Origin: an uncultured delta proteobacterium
GTDB lineage: Bacteria; Desulfobacterota; Binatia; UBA9968
Assembly (NCBI GenBank): GCA_963847445.1
Contig: CAWJZV010000014.1
Location: 1-64,000 of the forward strand
Direction of reading: 5' to 3'
DNA length: 64,000 nucleotides
Below the pieces are notes generated by a model. It made no database searches and was not told the origin of the DNA. It saw nothing but the letters and a program-made list of their open reading frames with translations. Positions 1 through 10,386 of this stretch are shown here, piece by piece. Positions within the stretch are counted from its first letter, which is position 1. The number at the start of each line of letters is the position of its first letter. The translations under genes and the position numbers were made by a program.

Positions 1-66
1 CTCGCGATAAATCCGGCTTTGGTGATCGTGACAATCGCCAATTCTATCGCATCGAGCAGCAGCGGA

Positions 67-429
67 TCACCCGGTCGGAAATCCGTGCGTCGATATGTCC
101 ATGTTGTTTCCGTCTGGATCGGTGCCGCGCAGATCGGCGAAGGACCGCTTGCCGGCACGCGAGCCGGGCTTCGGCAATCCCCAATGCTCGAATCGCCCGA
201 GCAGCTTCTCTGCCTCGTTCGGATCGACGTCGAAGCCGATATGGTTGAGGCCGCTGGGCTTTCCTTCGGCGCGGTTCGGTATCAGCGTCAGATTGAAATA
301 TCCATCGCTCAGATAGATCGCCTCGCCCTTTGGATTGGGCACGCGCCGCATGTCAAAAACCTGCTCGTAGTAGCGCGCCAACCGTTCCGGATCGAGCGAG
401 ACGATTGTCAATCGACGAAGCTTCGGCAT
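67..429 (-). CDS. VOC (glyoxalase/bleomycin resistance) family protein
   Basis: ORF motifs LARYYEQVF, GLNHIGF, DPDGNNMDI; start placed at MPKLRR, which has AAGGAGGGG upstream. Confidence 0.8.
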   Translation of the reverse strand: MPKLRRLTIVSLDPERLARYYEQVFDMRRVPNPKGEAIYLSDGYFNLTLIPNRAEGKPSGLNHIGFDVDPNEAEKLLGRFEHWGLPKPGSRAGKRSFADLRGTDPDGNNMDISTHGFPTG

Positions 430-661
430 GTCCCCTCCTTCCCTGTTGACCATCGCTAGGCCGCCGTCGCCGATCACTATCGGCCATGGCCCATGGTTAC
501 GTCAACTCCGAAGGTTCCGGTCTTGCTGCCAAAAGCTGCGGCCTTCGCTAGAGCAATGCGACGAAATCTTCTACCGTTAACCGAGACAAATTTAGCGGCA
601 GATTGAAAAGTCAGTCAGGCAAGAGGAACACAAGTTGAGGGCCGCGGCAGGCGACCAGGCT

Positions 662-1592
662 CTACGGCTGCGCGCCCGGCTCGCCGGCGTAGCCCTCGCG
701 ACGCGCAGGAGTGGATTCTATTTCCCGGAGAAATGCCGCCACCGCGCTCCAAAACTCCTGGCGCCGCTCGATGCCGTAATGGCGCGCGCCCGTCAAAGTC
801 ACGGTTCGCTGCGGTCCGCCCCAGGCGCGCGCCAGCGCCGCGCCGTTCTCCATCGGGGTCACGTCGTCGTTCTCGGCGAGCACGAAGAGCGCGGGGACAT
901 TGACCTTCGGCGCGATCGTCGCCGCATCATAGCGGCCGTTGAGCAGGAAGCTCACCGGCAGCCAGGGATATCGTTCCTGACCGAGGGCGCTAAAACTGTC
1001 GAAAGGCGTCGCCAGGATTGCGCCGCGAACCTTGCGCGCTTGCGCCAAAGCCACCGAAAAATAGCTGCCCAGGCTCCTGCCGAACACGACGATGTTCGAT
1101 GATTCAACGTCGGGCCGCGCCGCGGCATAGTCGAAGACAAATTTGCGTGTCTTCGAGCAACACGCGCTCGGAAGATTCGCCTTCGGAAAGTCCGAAGCCC
1201 CGATAATTGATAAACAGCCAACCCCAGTGTTCCGGTTTCTCGCCTTGATCGATCAGCCAGGACGTCTCCCGGCGCACGCCGCCGAAGACGATCACCAGCG
1301 GAAACCGGCCGCTCACCGGGCTGATCTTGGGACGCTTGAGCCAGCCGTGCAGCGTAACGCCGTCGGCGGCTTTGAGGCGCACTTCCTCTAAACCGCCGTC
1401 AGGCGACGCGATCGCGCTTAGATACGCCGGGTCGGCGGTTCGCGGGCGGAAGAGAAAGCGCTGCTCGATCGGTTCGAAGATAGAGTTGCAGCCGCCGGCG
1501 AATGGCGCCAAGATCGCCAGGATCGCCAACAGAAATGGCAGCCGGACTCGACTGGGCTTGGCGGATACCTCGATTGTTGGCTGGTCGTTCAT
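662..1592 (-). CDS. Alpha/beta hydrolase (BEM46/ABHD-like), split by one frameshift near 1130
   Basis: N-part has a hydrophobic segment, DGVTLHGW and NYRGFGLSEG; C-part has GRSLG nucleophile elbow, ENDD and GARH. Confidence 0.8.
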
Positions 1593-1617
1593 AAGCCTCT
1601 CTCTTAGTCTGGACAAA

Positions 1618-1740
1618 ATAAACAAGCCATTTCGCGTACCGGGTATTAACCCCGGACGCGACCAAAGGGGATGCTGGGCCCCCTTTGGATTGCCCATTTG
1701 ATGGTGCCCGCAGCAAGCTGCGAGCAAATGTTTAGATTAA
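1618..1740. mobile_element. Triple-hairpin non-coding element, diverged copy A
   Basis: Homologous to 1936-2058 and 61846-61967; stems TCGCGT..ACGCGA, CCAAAGGGG..CCCCTTTGG, CGCAGC-AA-GCTGCG. Confidence 0.75.
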
Positions 1741-1935
1741 AGCAACCTCCACAAACGTCAATCCGCGGCGGAGCCGAAGAATCTGCTTTGCCAAAAACTG
1801 CTGCGAATGCGAGAAACTTCGCAGCTTTTAGTTCAGCCCGGGGACTCGCGCTAAATTCTATTAACGTGGCAATACTCTCCTGCCAGCGCGCTCGCATGCT
1901 ATTAGACGGAGTCAGAGGCGGATGGGTTCACTCAA

Positions 1936-2058
1936 ATCAACCGGGTATTTCGCGATCGGGGTATGAACCCCGCTCGCGACCAAAGGGGATGTTCAACCCC
2001 CTTTGGAAACCCCAGCAATTTTGTCCCCGCAGCAAGCTGCGGGGAATATTAGATTTAA
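1936..2058. mobile_element. Triple-hairpin non-coding element, copy B (IS200/IS605-like MITE/PATE candidate)
   Basis: Differs from copy C by 4 substitutions and 1 indel; contains the CCCCGCAGCAAGCTGCGGGG palindrome. Confidence 0.8.
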
Positions 2059-2455
2059 ATCTTGACGCCTCTTAGTGTGCGCATTCGGTCCGAGAACTGC
2101 TGCCAAGAGACCCTAACAAACCCAATGACTAACACCTCAAGAAGTCCAAAATCATTGGGATTGCTTGACCGCTCTTGGTTATAACCGCACACCCTCTTCG
2201 ATTCGTTAAATGTCGGTTATTTTGCGCAGTCGAAACAACGTGGAAACAGTGCCCGCATGTGATCATATATAAATAGATCCTCGGCTGGCAACCAACCGTC
2301 AATCGGTAGGTCGGCAAAATTTGAGCAGCTAGTGTATTTAGCATCTCCGGGACTAACAACTGCACGTGTCGCTGTCATTCCCAAACTAGGGCTGCGCTGT
2401 TCGCCTGTCATCGGCCTTGCTTAGCAGCCATGCTTGGCGATATGAGTTGAGAAAT

Positions 2456-4045
2456 ATGCAACAACGATTACCGAAGGGATCAAATATGGCTGCAATAGCT
2501 CTTGGCATGGTCATGTTCTGGTTCGGCGTAGTGGCACCGCTCCACGCCGCCAAGTTCTACTGCTCATCCGGCAACGTGACTTGCCTGATTGCCGCCATTA
2601 ACAAGGCTAATGGACGGCCGGGGGAGCACACGATTAACCTCAAGCCGGGGATCTACACTCTTCAGACAGCATATGACCCGGTCACCCGCAGCGGGTTGCC
2701 GTCGATTAGCAGTGCGATACAGATACAGGCAACTGCTGATGATCCTCCCACTGTAATTGAGCGAAGTCCTGTCGCAGGGTTGTTTCGCATTTTTCATGTA
2801 TCTCTCAGCGGCCGATTGAGCCTCAAGGGAGTGACAGTGGCAAGGGGTTCCACTGGGGGTGGTGGCACGGCAATTCTCAACCTTGGGGTCACGACGCTTC
2901 AGGATAGCGTTGTCACAAATTCAGATGGGGACGGCGGGGGAGCGATAAAGAACTTAGGTACGTTGAACGTGTTTAGAACTCTTATCGCAGATAATAGCGT
3001 GGGCCATGAGGGCGGAGGTATACGCAATGAGGGAAATGCCCATGTGGAGAATAGCACTATCGCCCACAACTCAAGCTCAGACGGGGGCGGTATCGAGAAC
3101 ACAGGATCTCTCGTTGTGAAGAATAGTGCGATCATTTTTAACTCCACAGATTGTTGCCAGCCAGGCGGCGGCATTCTCAATCTCGGGGGCTCTGTCCAGA
3201 TCGTTAACAGTACCATCGCCAAAAATTTTGCCGGCGGAGGTGGAGGGGCCGTAGCGAATTTCAACGGCCAAGTCTCCATTACCAACAGCACGATTAGGGA
3301 GAACCAGGCCCCCCGCTTTTTTGGTGTTGGCGGCGGTATTTGGAATGATGGCGGCACCCTACAACTCCAGAACACTATTGTTGCGGGGAACACCGTCGCT
3401 ACCGACGACTCTTTGGGCGGCGGCCCGGACTGTTTTGGGACCATCACCAGCCTTGGGAATAATCTTCTTGGTGACATCAGCGGTTGCGACATAAACCTTC
3501 AGCCAAGCGATATGATCGGAGATCCCGGCTTAGGTTCTCTGGTCGGCGCCGGCGAAGAGGACTCACCGGGTAGTGCCCATTTTCCGGTCTTGGCCGGGAG
3601 TGCAGTCATCGGCAAGGGAAATCCAAATGCTTGTCTGCAAAATGATCAGCTGGGACATCTCCGTGCCGGCACCTGCGATATAGGGGCGGTTGAGTTTGGC
3701 GGATTGGTTGCCATCGACATCAGGCCAAAGAATGATGCCAATAGAATAAATCCTAACAGCAACAAAGATATAATTGTGGCAATTTTCAGTCTCAATGGCT
3801 TTGACGCCACCACTGTAGACGCGACTACTGTCTTATTTGGGCGCACTGGTATTGAGGCTAGGCCGGCACAGGCTACTTTGAAGGATGTAAACAGGGACGG
3901 GCTTGTCGATCTGCTGCTGTCGTTTGACGCGGACATAACGGGAATACAATGCGGAGACACCCAGGCCGTATTGACAGGAGAAACCAATGCGGGGCTGCCT
4001 GTTAGGGGGTTTGACTCTATTACGGTGGGCGGATGTAAAAAGTAG
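2456..4045 (+). CDS. Secreted parallel beta-helix repeat protein with choice-of-anchor Q-like region and a C-terminal DxNxDG domain
   Basis: Signal peptide; repeated GGGIxN motifs; DQLG..CDIGAVE; C-terminal IDIRP..INP..DVNRDGLVDL; start may instead be 2486. Confidence 0.8.
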   Translation: MQQRLPKGSNMAAIALGMVMFWFGVVAPLHAAKFYCSSGNVTCLIAAINKANGRPGEHTINLKPGIYTLQTAYDPVTRSGLPSISSAIQIQATADDPPTVIERSPVAGLFRIFHVSLSGRLSLKGVTVARGSTGGGGTAILNLGVTTLQDSVVTNSDGDGGGAIKNLGTLNVFRTLIADNSVGHEGGGIRNEGNAHVENSTIAHNSSSDGGGIENTGSLVVKNSAIIFNSTDCCQPGGGILNLGGSVQIVNSTIAKNFAGGGGGAVANFNGQVSITNSTIRENQAPRFFGVGGGIWNDGGTLQLQNTIVAGNTVATDDSLGGGPDCFGTITSLGNNLLGDISGCDINLQPSDMIGDPGLGSLVGAGEEDSPGSAHFPVLAGSAVIGKGNPNACLQNDQLGHLRAGTCDIGAVEFGGLVAIDIRPKNDANRINPNSNKDIIVAIFSLNGFDATTVDATTVLFGRTGIEARPAQATLKDVNRDGLVDLLLSFDADITGIQCGDTQAVLTGETNAGLPVRGFDSITVGGCKK

Positions 4046-4384
4046 GCGCCGCACACTAGACTGGTAGCGACGGTCCACATCGGCCGCCATTTTTGTTTCA
4101 GCTCACAATCGGCGCTATGAATTGGCGACGCTCAAGGGCATAACGAGGGCTCATTGCCACCTCAACACCTACACGGACACCATTTAATCGATTACCGTCG
4201 GGAGCACCACTGATTTCAGCACTTTATATTCGCCTGGTTTGGTTTTGATTTGATCCAGCTGCATCGCGATCTCGGCCAACAATCCACAGCTGCCATGAGC
4301 GCCTCTTTTAGCTCGGGGCTGACCGGATAGTGCGCCGGTTGCAACAATGCCAGCTCAACGAAGCGCGGCGATAAGACTACCTTC

Positions 4385-5590
4385 ATGCTTCTGAGCACCA
4401 CCTTCCGCGCCTTTCGTCACCGCGACTATTTGATCTACTGGCTCGGCCTATTTTTCGGCCATACCGGCACGCTGATCCAAACCACCGCGCAAACTTGGCT
4501 GATATTTCAACTCACCGAATCGCCTTTTTACTTGGGGCTGGAAGGACTCTGCCTCGGCCTGCCACGGGTGCTGTTTTCCGCCTTTGGCGGCGCCGTGGTC
4601 GACCGCACCGACCGCAAGACCATTTTTGTCCTAACCCAAACTTCCTTCGTCGCGATGGCGCTGTTTCTCGGCGTGATGCAACATTTCGCTCTGATTCAGG
4701 TGTGGCATCTCCTGTTGGTTTCGGCGCTCACCGGCTTGCTGGTTTCCTTCGAGCAGCCGGTGCGCCAGTCGATCCTGCATCATCTCGTGCCGCGCGATGA
4801 CTTGCCCAACGCGGTCACGCTTTATCAAATGGTCTTTAACGGCTCGATGTTGTTCGGACCCTCCATCGGCGGTCTGCTGATCCCGCTGATCGATACCAAA
4901 GGCTGCTTCTTTGTCGCCACCATCGGGAATCTGCTGGTGTTGGTCACGATATTTCTCATCCACATACCTGCTATCGAACCGGCAGCCGGCAAGACCAGTC
5001 TCACTCGCGATATGATCGAGGGGCTGAGGCTCGCATGGAACACGCCGATGTTTCTCGCACTCTTCACGGTCCTCGCCGTCGTCAGCTTTTGCACCAAGCC
5101 TTACACCCAGTTCATGCCGGTGTTTGCGCAGACGATCTTGAATGTCGGCGCCCCCGGTCTCGGCATGTTGCTCATGGCGCCCGGCGCCGGCGCGATCTTG
5201 GGCGGGCTGACACTCGCCTCGGTGCGCCGCTTCCCCAGGCCGGCGCGGCTGCTGTTTGGCCTCGCCGCCGGCTTCGGGGTCTCGATCGCCCTATTCGCCA
5301 CTTCGCGCAGCTTTCCATTGTCGCTGGTGTTCCTGTTTATCGCCGGCGGCTTCCAAACGACATTCCTGTCGGCGGTCGCCACGCTTTTGCAATTCCACAC
5401 CAACGAGCATAACCGCGGCCGCATCATGTCGATGTTCGGTTTGATCAATCGCGGCCTCGGCCCCATGGGCAGCTTCCCCTTCGGCCTGATCGCCACCTGG
5501 ATCGGCGCGCCTTGGACGGTGGCGATTTGCGGCGTGGCTCACCGTCAGCTTGGTCGGCTATGTGGTCAATTTCGCGCAAAGCGGAGCTGA
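4385..5590 (+). CDS. MFS transporter (MFS_3/H+ antiporter-like); extreme C-terminus probably frameshifted
   Basis: FRAFRHRDY start, GGAVVDRTDRK motif, about 12 hydrophobic segments. Confidence 0.85.
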   Translation: MLLSTTFRAFRHRDYLIYWLGLFFGHTGTLIQTTAQTWLIFQLTESPFYLGLEGLCLGLPRVLFSAFGGAVVDRTDRKTIFVLTQTSFVAMALFLGVMQHFALIQVWHLLLVSALTGLLVSFEQPVRQSILHHLVPRDDLPNAVTLYQMVFNGSMLFGPSIGGLLIPLIDTKGCFFVATIGNLLVLVTIFLIHIPAIEPAAGKTSLTRDMIEGLRLAWNTPMFLALFTVLAVVSFCTKPYTQFMPVFAQTILNVGAPGLGMLLMAPGAGAILGGLTLASVRRFPRPARLLFGLAAGFGVSIALFATSRSFPLSLVFLFIAGGFQTTFLSAVATLLQFHTNEHNRGRIMSMFGLINRGLGPMGSFPFGLIATWIGAPWTVAICGVAHRQLGRLCGQFRAKRS

Positions 5591-5838
5591 CGCGCACGCC
5601 AAAGCTATCGGCGAAGCGTATGATGAAATTGGAAATGCAACGCCAAACGAAATGACGTTTCGAAGCGCGGAATTTGTTGGGCTCGCGACCGGAGCCATTC
5701 AGATGACGCACGCAAAGAAACTAACCGCAATCGCGTCCAATGGCAGGCATCGGATTTAGCGTAGCGTATTAAACCGGCTTGCCGCCTCTTGGCATATCGA
5801 TGGTGAATGAGGGTGAGCGTAAGCTGGCGAAACTTGGA

Positions 5839-6175
5839 CTAACGTTTGTTCTCGGCGAGCTGGCGCTTCCAACCGAGGGTGCGGGCCTTGGCGCCAACCT
5901 CTTCGGCTTCGGCGATCATGCCCTTCTGCTGATAGAAGATCGACAAGCTGGTGTAGGCGAGTTCATCTTCCGGCGCCGCCGCGATCAAGCGTTTCGCGAC
6001 CTCGATGGCTTGATCGACTTTCTCTTGGTGCGCGTAGGTCATCGCCAACGCATGCAACGCGTCGGCGTAATTAGGATCTTCATCGAGGGCACGAAGATAG
6101 GCGGCGACGGCATCGTCCAGGCGGTCTTCAGCGAAATGCTCCATTCCCTGGTTGTAGTAATTCTTCTTTATTCAC
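5839..6175 (-). CDS. Small TPR protein
   Basis: TPR pattern AVAAYLRALDEDPNYADALHALA; the likely GTG start at 6175 needs one indel correction. Confidence 0.8.
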
Positions 6176-6215
6176 GGGCGCGATCCGTTGAGCGATTGAC
6201 TATCAAGTTTGCTTA

Positions 6216-7331
6216 TTAAGGCGCGGCGGGCGGCGGTACCGGCGCGGGCCGGCATTGTTGCAGCAAGACTTTTTTGAGCATGGTTGGATTGACCGGTTTT
6301 TTGAAGATCACACCCTGCAGCCCTTCGAGGCAACTGCGCTTGATGATGTGGTCTTTGTCATAATTGAATGCCGTCATCAAGACTACAGGAAGCTCGGGCG
6401 TGTTTTTCTTGACGGTTTGATAGAGCTCGTAACCATCCATGTCGGGCATGACGACATCGCTCAACACGACATCGAAACGACGCCGCCCCAACCACTCCAT
6501 GGCGTAGACACCGGAAGCCGCGGTCTCGATGCAGCAGCGCTCCGACTCCAACAGCTGCTTGAGCGACTGGCAGATACTCGCGTCATCGTCGACCACCAAG
6601 ACGTTGAGACCGCTCAAAGGAAAGCGCGCGTCGGGCGCCGGCCGGACGCAGGGTTTCTCGCTAGCCGCGGCATCGACATGGAGGTCGGTCATCATCTTGC
6701 CGTCGAGATATTCCGTGGTGCCGTACTCGCCCTCTTCGGCCATTTTGGCCATGCGCGTCGTGATGTCTTGCATCTTGCGCACCTGGGACGCCACCGATTC
6801 GAGGCGGTCCGACTCGACGATATAATCCTCGTCGCTGGCGACGCGCTCGACATATTTCTTCATCAACTCGGTCTGATTGACCAGGACTTCCAAACAATTA
6901 TTGATCTCGTGGGACAGCCCGACGGCGATCTCGGCCAGGGTTACTAAACGGTCGCGCCGGCGGATCTCGCGAATATCCTTGGCAAAGCCGATGGAGCCGA
7001 TTTCCCGCCCCTGATCGTCGTAAATGATCGAAGCGGAAATCGCCACGGGCATCTGCTCGCCGCGCTTGGTTTTGAAAACCGTTTCGAAGTTTCGCACGCG
7101 GCCCTTGCCTTCGCCCTCGTCGGCACGCATTGCCTTCATGACTTTGCGCGCCTCTTCCGAGTTAGGATAAATCTCCAGAACGTTTTTGCCTAAGACTTCG
7201 TCGTAGGAAAAACCCAGATTCTGCCGCGCGCCGTCGTTGTAGTAAATAATCGTGCCGGACTTGTCGACCGAAATGATGATGTCAGGAGAACTCTCAACGA
7301 GCTTCTGAAAGTATTGAACCGGCAGGGCCAT
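6216..7331 (-). CDS. PAS + HisKA + receiver domain protein lacking HATPase
   Basis: PAS (ESSPDIII..YND), H-box LSHEINN, REC (VLVVDDD, SDVVMPDMDG, KKP). Confidence 0.85.
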   Translation of the reverse strand: MALPVQYFQKLVESSPDIIISVDKSGTIIYYNDGARQNLGFSYDEVLGKNVLEIYPNSEEARKVMKAMRADEGEGKGRVRNFETVFKTKRGEQMPVAISASIIYDDQGREIGSIGFAKDIREIRRRDRLVTLAEIAVGLSHEINNCLEVLVNQTELMKKYVERVASDEDYIVESDRLESVASQVRKMQDITTRMAKMAEEGEYGTTEYLDGKMMTDLHVDAAASEKPCVRPAPDARFPLSGLNVLVVDDDASICQSLKQLLESERCCIETAASGVYAMEWLGRRRFDVVLSDVVMPDMDGYELYQTVKKNTPELPVVLMTAFNYDKDHIIKRSCLEGLQGVIFKKPVNPTMLKKVLLQQCRPAPVPPPAAP

Positions 7332-7446
7332 AGGATCAGGATGTTAAGTTGCATGATAAGTCGAACGGCGTTATCAATGCAAGAGCCTGTAGAGACAACT
7401 GCTGTTCACGCCACTATTCTCCGCCTGACTAATTATCGCCGAGTGC

Positions 7447-9289
7447 ATGCAACCGACCAAAGATACCCGTCAGCTTAATTGGTTTCTCGCCTGGGCGGTG
7501 GTGTTTTGCGACATCGGCACCTCGGTTTACTATGTCCCGGGCCTGCTCTACGGCCATGTCAAAGACGCGACTCCGTTCTTTGTCCTACTGACCACCGGCG
7601 GTTTCATCCTGCTGGCGCTGAAGTACATCGAGATCAGCTGGCGCAATCCCGAAGGCGGCGGCGTCGTCACGATCACGACCAAAGCTTTCGGCCCCATGTG
7701 GGGCTGCTTAGGCGGCATGCTGATCACCGTGGACTATTTCCTCACCACGGCGATCTCGTCGGTCTCCGGCTTTCAATACATCGGCAGCGCGTTTCCGGCC
7801 ATCGACGGCCATATCATGCTGCTGGCCTGCGTCGGCGTCGCCGTCCTGGCACTGCTCAACGTCATCGGTATCCGCGAAAGCGCCGGGGTCGCCCTGGTGA
7901 TGGCCTGCGCATCCTTCGTCGTCAATATGGTCGTCATCGCCATCGCCGTCATCGACCATGACCGCCGACCAATGGAGCACCGTGCTCAGCCGGCTCGGCA
8001 CCGGCAACAATATCTCGACCTATCAACTATTCGTCGGCTTCTCTTCGGCTTGGCTCGCCTTCTCGGGGCTGGAAAGCATCAGCCAACTGAGTCCGTCCAT
8101 GCGTCTGCCGCTGCGCCGGACCACGCGCTGGGCCATGGCCGCGGTCATCGTCACCATGGTGGTCACTTCCCCGGTGCTAACGGCGCTGTCGATCGGTCTA
8201 CTGCCGGAACATTTCAAAGCCGCCGAAAGCGAAAGGTTTATTTCAGAGCTCGGCAGGATTACCGGCGGGCTGGGCGTCAAGCTCGCGGTGGTGTTCACGG
8301 CGTCGAGCTTGCTGCTGTTCGCCGCCAACACGGCGATCATTGGCTCCTACCATGTCTTTCTTGCCCTGGTGAATAGCGAGTTTCTACCCAAGATTATCTC
8401 TTTGCGCAGCAAGACTTTTAACACGCCGCATATCGCCATCGGCATTGCCACGGTCGTTCCCGCTTTGGTCATACTGGCCAGCGCAGGGCGACATGAAAAT
8501 ATTGGGCGACATGTATGCGTTTGGATTATTGGGAGCCTTCGTGTTCTCGTCGTTAAGCTTGGACGTCGATTCGCTGGAACTTGGGTCGGCGCGACCTGGG
8601 CTTTTGGATCGGCGTTTTTACCACCGTCAATGGTCATGGTCGCTTGGGGAGTCAATCTCGTCGAAAAGCAATTGGCAACGGTTTTCGGCGGCGGCGTCAC
8701 GCTCATCGGCATGTTGATCGCCGTCGGCGTCCGACGCTCATGGTTCGTCGATGCCTTGACCAAGATCCCGCTGATCCAGCGCCTGCAAGCGCGCGCCTAT
8801 CGGGCGTCGGAAGGTTTGGTCGAAGACGAACTCAGAGGGTTGGTCACCCTCGCCGAAGCGGTCGAAGTCAAAGCGCTCTATCCATCGACGACGCTATTGG
8901 CGATCCGCGACGAAAGCCCGCGGCTTATTCAAGAGGGCATCACGCGGGCCAAAGGCAAAGGCGAATTGGCGATCTACTGCATATATGTCGAAGAGTGGCC
9001 AGGCCTGTTCGCCGGCAACACTCCCCACGCGCCCAACGAAGAGGGCGTCAAAACTCTCCGTGCCACGCTCCAAGCCGTGCGCGAGAAAAATATCGAAATC
9101 ATTCCGATCTGGACCGTCGCTCACAACGCGGCCGATGCCATCGCCAACGCCGCTAAAGCCCTCGATGTCGACACCGTCTTCATCGGCGCCTCGCGCCGCT
9201 CGGCGTTCTATCACATGCTGCGCGGCCACGTGATCAAAGGGTTGATGAAGAAACTGCCGAGAGACTGCCACTTGATGATCTGTAATTGA
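7447..9289 (+). CDS. APC-family permease with C-terminal universal stress protein (USP)-like domain; frameshifted
   Basis: DIGTSVYY, PEGGGV, AFSGLESISQ, multiple TM segments; C-terminal VFIGASRR..LRGHV USP motif. Confidence 0.85.
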
Positions 9290-9394
9290 CCTGACCTCAG
9301 TTAAAGCTGAGGTCAGGTCATCCTGAGCGAACGCGAAGGATCTCGACTTAGCAAGCACTGAGGTGAATTCGTCCTGAGCGAACCGAAGGATCTC
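9287..9394. repeat. Hairpin followed by two direct copies of a CGTC-type REP-like unit (TCCTGAGCGAAC..GAAGGATCTC)
   Basis: TGACCTGACCTCAG..CTGAGGTCAGGTCA stem; unit copies at 9321-9344 and 9372-9394. Confidence 0.7.
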
Positions 9395-9400
9395 AAATCA

Positions 9401-10312
9401 ATGAAGCGATTCTTCTACTCTTCATTCATCCTCCTGTTCTCGTTACTAGCCGCGATTGCTGATGCCGACTTTACCGGCAAAGGACATGTGCATACGCTCT
9501 CGGAGACCAAGCAGGTCTTCTTGAATCCGGACTGTCACGCCACCGACAGCTGCGATCTCAAAAGATTCACGCTGTCGAAGGTGGTGAACGAGATTTGGTT
9601 CAGCGATAACCCCGACTATCCCACCTACGGCAACGGCGTGATTATGGAATATGAGACCGACTCGGTGGCCGCGCTGGAGAAATACGCCATCGTTCAATTC
9701 AAGAAAGGCTGCGTTTTTGAAACCGCAAAGACCAGCGAAGGCAAGATCCGCCGGATCTTCACCGACACGGTGGCGAGTTTCGGCGAGCAGGTGTTGTTTT
9801 GCTTTCGCCAATGGGTGATCGACTCCCAGGACAGCGATCCCGCCTACAACAGCGATCCTGACTACGGCAGATTTTACTTTTTGCGGTGGAACAAACCGGG
9901 CTCCTACGACAACCGGACACAGAAATATTACGGCGCGGTGAAACCGCAAGCGCCGGTCGTCTACATGTCTGACTATCCCGCCGGTGCGTTCATCGCCGGC
10001 AGCGGCATCAGAAACGTCGCCCTGGAGTTCAAGACCTGTATCTATAAGGCAGTCGACGTTCCGTCGGTGACACGACGAGAAGAAATAGACTTCGCCAAGC
10101 CGATCAACTGCTTTGAGTGGCAAAACGTTTATGTCTACGATTTTGCAAAGGCAAAGTTCCAGACTGATTTGGCGAGCGCTCCCAGGTGGGAGGAAGCAAC
10201 CCCACCCGTCAATAACTACCGATTGGTGCTTGCCGTTGGATTGTTGATCGCACTCGCGATGGTCATTTTCCCACGCTTAGGCAAGCTTCGCGGCCGACAA
10301 ACCGGCCGCTAA
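9401..10312 (+). CDS. Hypothetical exported protein with C-terminal membrane anchor
   Basis: Signal peptide; C-terminal hydrophobic helix followed by a basic tail. Confidence 0.75.
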   Translation: MKRFFYSSFILLFSLLAAIADADFTGKGHVHTLSETKQVFLNPDCHATDSCDLKRFTLSKVVNEIWFSDNPDYPTYGNGVIMEYETDSVAALEKYAIVQFKKGCVFETAKTSEGKIRRIFTDTVASFGEQVLFCFRQWVIDSQDSDPAYNSDPDYGRFYFLRWNKPGSYDNRTQKYYGAVKPQAPVVYMSDYPAGAFIAGSGIRNVALEFKTCIYKAVDVPSVTRREEIDFAKPINCFEWQNVYVYDFAKAKFQTDLASAPRWEEATPPVNNYRLVLAVGLLIALAMVIFPRLGKLRGRQTGR

Positions 10313-10386
10313 CGGCAATTCGTCGGCGCCATCCCTGCGCTCATATGGTTGCGCACCACTGGAGCGTATTCGGATACCGCGGCTGG

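Noticed and set aside
1618-2058. CRISPR array or integron cassette array
   Set aside because: Only two adjacent units of about 122 bp, no regular spacers, no cas or intI genes, and no RYYYAAC/GTTRRRY pairing.
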